Assembly: GCA_000996205.1 (NCBI GenBank)
Contig: LBYO01000002.1
Span: 1-52,148 of the forward strand
DNA length: 52,148 bases
Reading direction: 5' to 3'
DNA from: Parcubacteria group bacterium GW2011_GWA1_40_21
Lineage (GTDB): Bacteria; Patescibacteriota; Minisyncoccia; Phycocordibacterales; GWA1-40-21
The stretch's first letter is position 1. Each line of letters starts with the position of its first letter. Shown piece after piece: positions 36,753 through 43,840 of this stretch. The position numbers were made by a program, and so were the translations under genes. The notes under the pieces were generated by a model that was not told the DNA's origin, did no database searches, and saw only the letters and a program-made list of their open reading frames with translations.

Positions 36753-37124
36753 TTAACAAGCTTTTACTATCGCAAGGTTTACTCTGTTATCAATAAGCCC
36801 CGCCGTTTGAAACAACTTGATTAAATCAGCCGTCAGCCCTTTTTCCATAAGAGAAAGATACTTCTCGCCGATTTTCTCCAATTCAATAGCCGTCTCCACG
36901 AAAATCATATGGATTTTTTCCTTCAATTCCTTGGAATCAAATCCTGCGACGACTTTGTGGAGATATGCCACCTGGTGCATTAACATTTCTGAAACTTTGT
37001 CAACATTCTTGTCGCATGAGTCATAGCCCTGTTGCAAAATGTCCGACAACTCTTTACTTTTGGCTACCGCTCTTTTCATATGTGCGACTTTAGTTGTTGT
37101 TATTGGCCTGACCATCTTACTCAC
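36753..37124 (-). CDS. Hypothetical helical protein
   Basis: 123-aa ORF followed by terminator; no motif recognised. Confidence 0.55.
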   Translation of the reverse strand: MSKMVRPITTTKVAHMKRAVAKSKELSDILQQGYDSCDKNVDKVSEMLMHQVAYLHKVVAGFDSKELKEKIHMIFVETAIELEKIGEKYLSLMEKGLTADLIKLFQTAGLIDNRVNLAIVKAC

Positions 37125-37409
37125 CCCCTTTCAAATCGGGTGAAAAAATAAAAAAATAAAAACTGACTAATGCTATTAACATCCCCTTTAAACTACATCA
37201 AAAAATCTTTAAAACTCTTAAAATAAACTAACTCGCAACCAAGACCGGCACAAAAACTGCCGGTTTTTTGAAAATATTTCATAATCCTGACGCGCGGTTA
37301 ATTCCAGAGTAATTAAGATTTTTTGTTTATATTACAAAGTGCCAATCTGTCCATCTGCCCTAAATTTTAAACCTTCAGCATGCGTTGTCAAGCCGACTGG
37401 CGCGGACAT

Positions 37410-37439
37410 AAAAAAGCCCCTTAAACAAAAGGGGCTTTT
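37410..37439. terminator. Bidirectional terminator-like hairpin
   Basis: AAAAGCCCCTT-AAACAA-AAGGGGCTTTT. Confidence 0.7.
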
Positions 37440-37472
37440 CTCTTTGTGAACAAACAAGGGTTCTTCTTATTA

Positions 37473-37697
37473 TTATTTTAACTCGTACCTAACTTCAGCG
37501 CGAAGCAAATTTGTTTCCTCGTCAAAAGTAAGAAGGTTATTTTCAATTCTTACTCCTATCGGAATACCTCCAGCTTCTTCAATGGCATCTTTTCCTATCT
37601 CAACTTCCTCCCTAATCGCCACATCTCTAAGTCTTTTGAAAATTTTTCCGTTTATATCTCCAATGTCTCCGTAAACGACAAAAGAACATTTTTTCAT
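37473..37697 (-). CDS. Hypothetical protein
   Basis: 74-aa ORF with SD GGAGG and downstream terminator. Confidence 0.6.
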   Translation of the reverse strand: MKKCSFVVYGDIGDINGKIFKRLRDVAIREEVEIGKDAIEEAGGIPIGVRIENNLLTFDEETNLLRAEVRYELK

Positions 37698-37778
37698 TCT
37701 TAAATCCTCCCATTTGTTTAGAATGACTGAATTAAAATAAAGATTCTATCAAAACAATATACTATATCCATAGAAAAG

Positions 37779-38078
37779 TCAAGGTCTAAGGTTTTTTAAT
37801 TCTTCAATTATCCTGACATCCCACAACCTCTTTCTTTTGATAATCGGGGCTTGGCTTTTGGAATTGAGAGATTCAATTTTCCCTGTCGCCGATAATCCAT
37901 ACCTTTCCCAAAAAGCCAATATGCGGGCTTTGCGCAACGCTTGTTCGGTAATCATATACCGATACCTTATCGCATCATTGTAGACGGTGACAAACCCCTT
38001 GATCCCTCGATATTTTGAGTGTATTTTCATATTGCGCCCATTTGATTAATGAGTGCAATATGTTTGTGAGGTTAGACA
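37779..38078 (-). pseudogene. Truncated, internally deleted transposase N-terminus (IS481-like) with start-codon-sequestering hairpin
   Basis: MKIHSKYRGIKGFVTVY..MITEQALRKARILAFWERYGLSAT resembles, from memory, CPR integrase-core transposase N-termini; no DDE core; TGT-initiated end ~48 nt upstream. Confidence 0.5.
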
Positions 38079-38105
38079 GGTTTTTTGATTGAAATATTAA
38101 ACCTT

Positions 38106-38146
38106 TATTAAATTCTGTGGGTATCAGATACCCACAGAATTTAATA
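38106..38146. repeat. Perfect palindrome, 20-bp arms with 1-nt centre, copy 2
   Basis: TATTAAATTCTGTGGGTATC-A-GATACCCACAGAATTTAATA. Confidence 0.9.
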
Positions 38147-38165
38147 GAACTTGAATCGACGAAAA

Positions 38166-38543
38166 TTAAGCGGCCGGAGCGGTCGGAGTAGGGGTCTCGG
38201 TTGCTACGGGCGCAGATGGTTCAACCGCCTCTTTTTTGGCTTCCTCTTTCACTTCTTTCACAATAGGTCTCTTTTTCGGCAAGACATTTATCTTTTTGCC
38301 GCTTATAACTTTCTCGCTTATTAAAAGATTATTCATAGTTTCCGAAACTTGAGCTCCGTTTGAAATCCAATATTTTATTCTGTCGCCATTTATTTTGTTA
38401 TTGCCTTTTCCTTCTCTGAAATCGTGCGAGCCGAGAATTTCCAAAGCCTTGCCGCTTTTTGGGCCCATTTTGGAATCAACCAATACAATACGAAAAGACG
38501 GCTCGTTTTTCCTGCCCACCCTTTGTAGTCTTATTTTTAACAT
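38166..38543 (-). CDS. rpsP: 30S ribosomal protein S16
   Basis: MLKIRLQRVGRKNEPSFRIVLVDS..EILGSHD, YWISNGAQVS; start at ATG 38543. Confidence 0.95.
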   Translation of the reverse strand: MLKIRLQRVGRKNEPSFRIVLVDSKMGPKSGKALEILGSHDFREGKGNNKINGDRIKYWISNGAQVSETMNNLLISEKVISGKKINVLPKKRPIVKEVKEEAKKEAVEPSAPVATETPTPTAPAA

Positions 38544-38550
38544 AAATAGT

Positions 38551-38579
38551 ATGCTAACAGAAAGTCCTTGAGAGGTCAA
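38551..38579 (-). promoter_or_regulatory. rpsP promoter TTGACC-17-TAGCAT, probably leaderless transcript
   Basis: -10 (with extended TG) ends 7 nt before the ATG; no SD. Confidence 0.7.
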
Positions 38580-38595
38580 TCAAAACGCGGATACA

Positions 38596-38812
38596 AATTT
38601 CTAATGTCTAATTCCTAATTTCTAATCAATACCCAAATCACAATACCTAAATAAAGAAATGAGAAAATCAAAAGTTCAATTGGGTTTTAGTTTCATTGTT
38701 CATTGAAATTTCATTAGGTCAATTAGAAATTAGAAATTGCCCTTGCTAGCTTCTTTCCTAAAACCTAACACCTAGAAACTAGTCCCTATAACCTAGTCCC
38801 TAATCTAAAACT
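38596..38812. repeat. Degenerate heptamer repeat tract in inverted arrangement
   Basis: AATTTCT/AATGTCT/AATTCCT units, complementary TTAGAAA units, then AACCTAn units. Confidence 0.7.
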
Positions 38813-38829
38813 CTGCTACAATGCAAAAT

Positions 38830-40770
38830 ATGAAAAAACATACAGACGGAAAGACAAAAATAATCGGAACAATAAGCATGAATTCAAAGGGGGTCGGATT
38901 CGTGACGACGGATTTATTTGACGAAGATGTTGAAATACAAACGACATCTTTAAATACCGCCCTTAATAAAGATGAGGTGGAAATATTGATTCACCCGGGA
39001 TTAAGCAGGCAGAAAAGGCATTTGGGAGAAGTTTTGAAAATAATCAAAAGAGCGAAAGATTCTTTCGTTGGTATTTTGGAAAAAGAAAATGACGAATTTT
39101 TCCTCGTTCCCGACGACAAGAAAGTCTATGTGGACATACTTATTCCCAAAGAGCGCGCCAAAGGCGCGCAGGGCGGAGAAAAAGTTTTGGCAAAATTGAT
39201 AAAATGGGACGATCCGAAAAAATCGCCGGAAGGAGAAGTGGTGAAAATCTTGGGCAATAAAGGAGAACATAATGTTGAAATGGAATCAATCGTTCTTGAA
39301 AAAGGATTTGAAATAGAATTTCCTTATGAAGTTGAGAAGGAAGCCGAAGCGACCGCGAAAAACGAAAAGGACATCTCGGAAGAAATTAAAAAAAGGCGGG
39401 ACTTCAGAGATACGCTAACTTTCACGATTGACCCCGTTGACGCGAAAGATTTTGACGACGCCATATCGCTCAAAGAAATCGGCGGAGGAAAATACGAAAT
39501 CGGAGTTCATATAGCCGATGTCTCGCACTATGTCAGAGAAGGAACATCAATGAACACAGAGGCAAGAAAAAGAGGCTTCTCCGTTTATCTGGTGGATAGG
39601 ACAATACCGATGCTTCCCGAAATACTGTCTAACGACATTTGCAGTTTGAATCCGATGGAAGAAAAACTTTCTTTCTCCTCCGTTTTTGTTATGGATAAAA
39701 ACGGCAGCATCTTGGAAAGATGGTTTGGAAAAACAATAATAAAATCTGACAAAAGATTTTCCTACGAAGAAGCGCAGGCGGTTTTGGACGCGAAATTGGG
39801 AGAGTGTTATGAACCGTTAAACACTTTGAATGTCATCGCTAAAAAACTCCGCGACGATAAATTCAAAAAAGGAGCGATTGATTTTGAGCAAGATGAAGTG
39901 AAATTTGAGCTTGATAAAGACGGCAAGCCTTTGCGAATTTATATTAAAAAAAGATTGGATACTCACAAACTGGTGGAGGAATTTATGCTTTTGGCAAACA
40001 AGGAAGTGGCCGAATTTATTTTCAAAGCCAGCAAAAGCAGACAAGAAAAACACAACCCTTTCATCTATCGCATTCACGATGTTCCCGACAAAGAAAAGAT
40101 TGCCCAGCTTTCCGTATTCTTGAAAGCGCTTGGATACGAGCTGGAGCTTAAAGAAAAAGGCTTGACCGCTAAAGACTTGCAAATGCTTTTCAAAATGATT
40201 GATGGCAAGGCGGAAGAGTCAATGATAAAGACGGCGGCGATTCGCTCTATGGCCAAAGCCGTTTATTCCACCAAAAACATCGGGCATTTCGGCTTGGCTT
40301 TTGAATACTACACGCACTTCACTTCTCCCATCCGAAGATACGCCGACCTTTTGGTGCACAGACTTTTGGAAAAACATCTTCAAGACAAAACTATTCCGAA
40401 ACACGAATGGAATCTGTACGAGAAAATGGCGATAGAGACCACCGAAAAAGAAATCGCCGCCGCGGAAGCGGAACGCAATTCCAAAAAATACAAGCAAGTT
40501 GAATATATGAAGGAACATATCGGCGAAGTGTTTGATGGAGTGATTTCAGGCGTCACGGAATGGGGTTTGTATGTGGAAGAAACGAACACAAAATCCGACG
40601 GTATGGTGAGCTTGAGGAATTTGACTGATGATTATTATATTATGGATGAGAAAAATTACGCTTTAATCGGAGAGAAAACCAAGAAAAAATACGGCCTCGG
40701 CGACAAGGTGAAAGTAAAGCTTCTCGGCGCCGATTTGGACAGGAGGACTTTGGATTATATTTTTGTATAA
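38830..40770 (+). CDS. rnr: Ribonuclease R
   Basis: TIDPVDAKDFDDAIS, VHIADVSHYV, EEFMLLAN, YTHFTSPIRRYADL, S1 domain; start at 38830 (38821 possible). Confidence 0.96.
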   Translation: MKKHTDGKTKIIGTISMNSKGVGFVTTDLFDEDVEIQTTSLNTALNKDEVEILIHPGLSRQKRHLGEVLKIIKRAKDSFVGILEKENDEFFLVPDDKKVYVDILIPKERAKGAQGGEKVLAKLIKWDDPKKSPEGEVVKILGNKGEHNVEMESIVLEKGFEIEFPYEVEKEAEATAKNEKDISEEIKKRRDFRDTLTFTIDPVDAKDFDDAISLKEIGGGKYEIGVHIADVSHYVREGTSMNTEARKRGFSVYLVDRTIPMLPEILSNDICSLNPMEEKLSFSSVFVMDKNGSILERWFGKTIIKSDKRFSYEEAQAVLDAKLGECYEPLNTLNVIAKKLRDDKFKKGAIDFEQDEVKFELDKDGKPLRIYIKKRLDTHKLVEEFMLLANKEVAEFIFKASKSRQEKHNPFIYRIHDVPDKEKIAQLSVFLKALGYELELKEKGLTAKDLQMLFKMIDGKAEESMIKTAAIRSMAKAVYSTKNIGHFGLAFEYYTHFTSPIRRYADLLVHRLLEKHLQDKTIPKHEWNLYEKMAIETTEKEIAAAEAERNSKKYKQVEYMKEHIGEVFDGVISGVTEWGLYVEETNTKSDGMVSLRNLTDDYYIMDEKNYALIGEKTKKKYGLGDKVKVKLLGADLDRRTLDYIFV

Positions 40771-40785
40771 TACTTTGAACTGCGA

Positions 40786-40900
40786 TGTCCCAAATCACGA
40801 AATGCAAAAATTTATGGTCTGGTTGAGCAAAAACATTTTAAAAAATAAATAGCTTTTGCGACCCGAGGACCTAAATTTTTGCATTTCGTGATTTGGGGCA
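40786..40900. repeat. ~115-nt long hairpin repeat element, copy 1
   Basis: CCCAAATCACGAAATGCAAAAATTTA ... TAAATTTTTGCATTTCGTGATTTGGG; homologous to 47120-47231. Confidence 0.85.
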
Positions 40901-40949
40901 CAACAACATCAAAAAAATTAATTCACAATATTGAGATTATAATAAAACA

Positions 40950-42251
40950 ATGCGTAATAATATCGTCCATCAAGGAGCGGGAGAATTGACCTATGAGATA
41001 AGAGGGATAGTGGAAGTGGCTGAAAAAATAAAAGGTCTCGGGCAGGAAATATATTGGGAAAACATCGGCGATCCGGTGGCAAAAGGTTATCAAATTCCAG
41101 AATGGATAAAAGATATGGTTAAAAAAGCGATTGATGATAACAAGTCGTTCGCCTACAATCCGACTAAAGGACTGCTTGAAACCCGCAATTTTCTAATGAA
41201 AAAACGCAACTCTAAAGGCGGAGCCAAGATTACCGCCGAAGACATTTGTTTTTTCAACGGACTAGGCGACGCGATTTCAAAGGTATACACATACCTTAAA
41301 AAAGAAGCCCGCGTGATAGGTCCATCGCCCGCTTATTCCACCCATTCTTCCGCCGAAGGCGCGCACGCCGGCTATCCTCATATTACTTATAATCTCCTGC
41401 CGGAAAAAAATTGGCTACCGGATCTAAACGACTTGCGAAATAAAATAAAATATAACCCCGCCATTTCCGGAATTTTAATCATCAACCCGGACAATCCAAC
41501 CGGAATGGTTTATCCGAAGAAAGTCCTGCAAGAGATGGTAAAAATCGCCAAAGAATACGACCTATTTATCGTGAGCGACGAAATTTATTGCAATGTGGCG
41601 CACGACAAAAAAAAGATGACCGCGCTTGCCGAAATAATCGGCGATGTCCCGGGCATAGCGATGAAAGGCATATCTAAAGAATTCCCTTGGCCTGGAAGCC
41701 GATGCGGTTGGATAGAAATTTACAATAAAGACAAAGATGAAATTTTCGCGAAATATGTAAAAAGCATTGTGAACGCCAAGATGCTTGAAGTCTGCTCCAC
41801 CACTCTGCCCCAGAGCGTCATCCCCGCCATAATGTCCGACCCGCGCTACGAATCTCATCTTGAAGAAAGGCGGAAATTTTATAAAAAAAGAGCCGGAATG
41901 GCGTTTGATATTTTAAAAAAAGTTCAAGGTATAATTTCCCCGAAAGCGGCAGGCGCTTTTTATGTTTCTACTGTATTCAAGGACGGTGTATTAAACGGCA
42001 GGCAAACCTTAAAAATTAAAAATGACAAAGTGAGAAAATTCGTGGAAGAAAAAACGGCGAACGGCGTTTCGCCGGACAAAAGATTCGTCTATTATCTTAT
42101 GGGCGCGACAGGCATCTGCGTCGTTCCCCTTTCCGGATTCAACTGCAACCTCCAAGGCTTCCGCGCCACCCTCCTTGAATCCGACGACTCCAAATTCAAA
42201 TGGATTTTTGAGACTTTGGGGAAGAAGATAGGTGAATATTTGAAAAGCTAA
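40950..42251 (+). CDS. PLP-dependent class I/II aminotransferase (AlaA-like)
   Basis: YEIRG, ENIGDP, INPDNPTG, SDEIY, GISKEFPWPGSRCGW. Confidence 0.9.
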   Translation: MRNNIVHQGAGELTYEIRGIVEVAEKIKGLGQEIYWENIGDPVAKGYQIPEWIKDMVKKAIDDNKSFAYNPTKGLLETRNFLMKKRNSKGGAKITAEDICFFNGLGDAISKVYTYLKKEARVIGPSPAYSTHSSAEGAHAGYPHITYNLLPEKNWLPDLNDLRNKIKYNPAISGILIINPDNPTGMVYPKKVLQEMVKIAKEYDLFIVSDEIYCNVAHDKKKMTALAEIIGDVPGIAMKGISKEFPWPGSRCGWIEIYNKDKDEIFAKYVKSIVNAKMLEVCSTTLPQSVIPAIMSDPRYESHLEERRKFYKKRAGMAFDILKKVQGIISPKAAGAFYVSTVFKDGVLNGRQTLKIKNDKVRKFVEEKTANGVSPDKRFVYYLMGATGICVVPLSGFNCNLQGFRATLLESDDSKFKWIFETLGKKIGEYLKS

Positions 42252-42300
42252 TTCTATACCCCCTTGAACATAGAGTGTCTAAGCTCTTTAATTCAGTCAT

Positions 42301-42338
42301 AAAAAAAATCCACAGAAAAATTATCTTCTGTGGACTTT
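42301..42338 (-). terminator. Intrinsic terminator of the ncRNA
   Basis: Minus strand GTCCACAGAA-GATAATTT-TTCTGTGGAT then T7. Confidence 0.85.
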
Positions 42339-42628
42339 TCAAAATGTCCAAGTCTACCTTATACTGGTTACCCAGTTTTCTCCCAAAGAGGGTGGTATTT
42401 CAAGGACGAATCTGCCCCGCCGGAACGGTAGCCTAGCATGTGGCTTCATTTTCTCCCACCTATCCTACGCAACTTTTTGCAAGGTAGACCGAATTGACTA
42501 GACGGAATCGAACCGCCCCCGCTTCCCAAACCAAGAGGAGTATAATCGCTAGGAAAATATACCTGTCCTAATTTATAGGGAAAAAATGCGGACTGCCTTT
42601 GTTAGTCAGGACATTAAGAACAATCTTG
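42301..42628 (-). ncRNA. Novel structured RNA with tRNA-like domain and 23S rRNA L1-stalk (H76-H78)-like domain
   Basis: No ORF of 60 aa or more; own promoter and terminator; closing stem AATGTCC/GGACATT; T-arm GGCGG-TTCGATT-CCGTC; GTAGGATAGGTGGGAG...CCTTGAAATACCACCCT matching the conserved 23S L1-stalk strands. Confidence 0.85.
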
Positions 42629-42632
42629 AATA

Positions 42633-42660
42633 AGTATGATTATTTTTGCGCGTTTGTCAA
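42633..42660 (-). promoter_or_regulatory. Promoter TTGACA-16-CATACT for the ncRNA
   Basis: Hexamers at 42655-42660 and 42633-42638. Confidence 0.65.
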
Positions 42661-42666
42661 TAAAAA

Positions 42667-43149
42667 TCATATTTTCAATTCCATCCTTAATGTCTCCGGT
42701 AAGTATTTATTCTTTGGATATTTAACAATCTTTACTTTTTGAAATCTGCATTGTTCATAAGCACGAATCGCCCTAAGGTTTGTTGGTCTTACTTCCAAAT
42801 AAATATTAGAAATTCCAATTTTTTTCGCCTTTCTCACGAGAATATTTATTGCCCTTGATCCAATTCCTTTATCCCAATATTTTTTCTCTCCAATGACAAT
42901 CTGCGTTTCGTGCCAATTATTTCGCCTTTTAACCAATGATATGTGCCCGATAACTTCCCGGTCCGCAATCATCCTAAAATTATAATCATTTTTGTTTTCT
43001 AATATCACTTGAAAATATTTATCGACTTCTTGATCTGAAATTACCTTCAAAATACCGCTTGTTAATTTAAGCAGTTCTTTGTCCCTCCACCATTTTGCAA
43101 AATAATTTTTGTCAGACAGTTTAATTTTTCTTAAGTTAATTTTAATCAT
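42667..43149 (-). CDS. GNAT N-acetyltransferase, RimJ/RimL-like
   Basis: IGHISL, IVIGEKKYWDKGIG, NLRAIRAYEQCRF; start placed at ATG 43149. Confidence 0.88.
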   Translation of the reverse strand: MIKINLRKIKLSDKNYFAKWWRDKELLKLTSGILKVISDQEVDKYFQVILENKNDYNFRMIADREVIGHISLVKRRNNWHETQIVIGEKKYWDKGIGSRAINILVRKAKKIGISNIYLEVRPTNLRAIRAYEQCRFQKVKIVKYPKNKYLPETLRMELKI

Positions 43150-43172
43150 AAATAAAAAAGATGGTCTACCAA

Positions 43173-43427
43173 TCAATACAATTCTGAGTGGGTGCCGATT
43201 TTCATAAATATAGCCACGCCGTTTTCTTCTTTAAATATCGCTCTGTAATCTCCTGTCACATTGATACTTCTGCAATCTGTGAAAGTCTTGTCTACTGAGT
43301 GATTTTTCAGCGTTGCGTTAGTCCTGTCTTTCATAAAGACTTCTAAACGCTCATAAAACTGATTCTGTAATTTCGGTGATAATTTCTTCAATTTCTTTTT
43401 GAAGTCCTTATGAAAATTAATCTCCAT
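43173..43427 (-). CDS. RelE/YafQ-family type II toxin (mRNA interferase)
   Basis: 84 aa, FKKKLKKL, LKNH, RSINVTGDYRAIF, IGTHSELY. Confidence 0.9.
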   Translation of the reverse strand: MEINFHKDFKKKLKKLSPKLQNQFYERLEVFMKDRTNATLKNHSVDKTFTDCRSINVTGDYRAIFKEENGVAIFMKIGTHSELY

Positions 43428-43430
43428 ATA

Positions 43431-43706
43431 TTAACTCTTGAGATACGCGATAGCATCTTTTGCATTATTGAATCCGGGAGAAATATTTTTACCACTCTTA
43501 ATATCCTTTAATTCGCGAACGATGCTTTTGCGCGCGCGAGGATTAAAAACTTCTTTAACCACCAGACCGACATTGAGCTGGTTATCCACAAAAGCTTTAG
43601 TGGCGAGCTTAAGAATTGTGGTAAAAGAAATGCCCTCATTTTGAGCTTTTCTCATAGCTTGATTCTTAAGATTCTTGTCAATTTTAAAAATTACTTGAGT
43701 GTTCAT
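43431..43706 (-). CDS. RelB/DinJ-like antitoxin
   Basis: Ribbon-helix-helix-like N-terminus (QVIFKIDKNLKNQA), C-terminal SPGFNNAKDAIAYL, 3 nt upstream of toxin. Confidence 0.8.
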   Translation of the reverse strand: MNTQVIFKIDKNLKNQAMRKAQNEGISFTTILKLATKAFVDNQLNVGLVVKEVFNPRARKSIVRELKDIKSGKNISPGFNNAKDAIAYLKS

Positions 43707-43727
43707 GGTTTTATTATGCTTAGTTTA

Positions 43728-43764
43728 ATGTATATATATTATATATCTATTATATATATGTCAA
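43728..43764 (-). promoter_or_regulatory. TA operon promoter with TA-rich palindromic operators
   Basis: TTGACA followed by TATATATAATAGATATATAATATATATA containing the -10. Confidence 0.55.
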
Positions 43765-43803
43765 ATACCAACTTGGACATCCGATGTCCAAGTTGGTATT
43801 TGA
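43761..43803. repeat. Perfect palindrome, 21-bp arms with 1-nt centre (TTGGACATC family)
   Basis: TCAAATACCAACTTGGACATC-C-GATGTCCAAGTTGGTATTTGA. Confidence 0.9.
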
Positions 43804-43840
43804 TTTACTTTATAGACTAATTTCAGTTAAAAAACTGAAA

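Noticed and set aside
37130..37400. Possible riboswitch or sRNA upstream of 37124 (TTGACA-16-TAAAAT, hairpin ACCGGCA/TGCCGGT, 13-codon ORF)
   Set aside because: No recognisable aptamer consensus, and the hairpin's U-tract is on the opposite strand; support too weak
42389..42470. 23S rRNA gene or pseudogene
   Set aside because: Similarity is limited to the L1-stalk strands, the flanks are unrelated to 23S, helices show compensated changes, and the unit has its own promoter and terminator
42495..42520. tRNA gene, tmRNA or prophage attachment site
   Set aside because: No D-stem, anticodon arm or CCA, no tmRNA tag ORF or G3-U70, and no integrase or duplicated 3' tRNA fragment in the window
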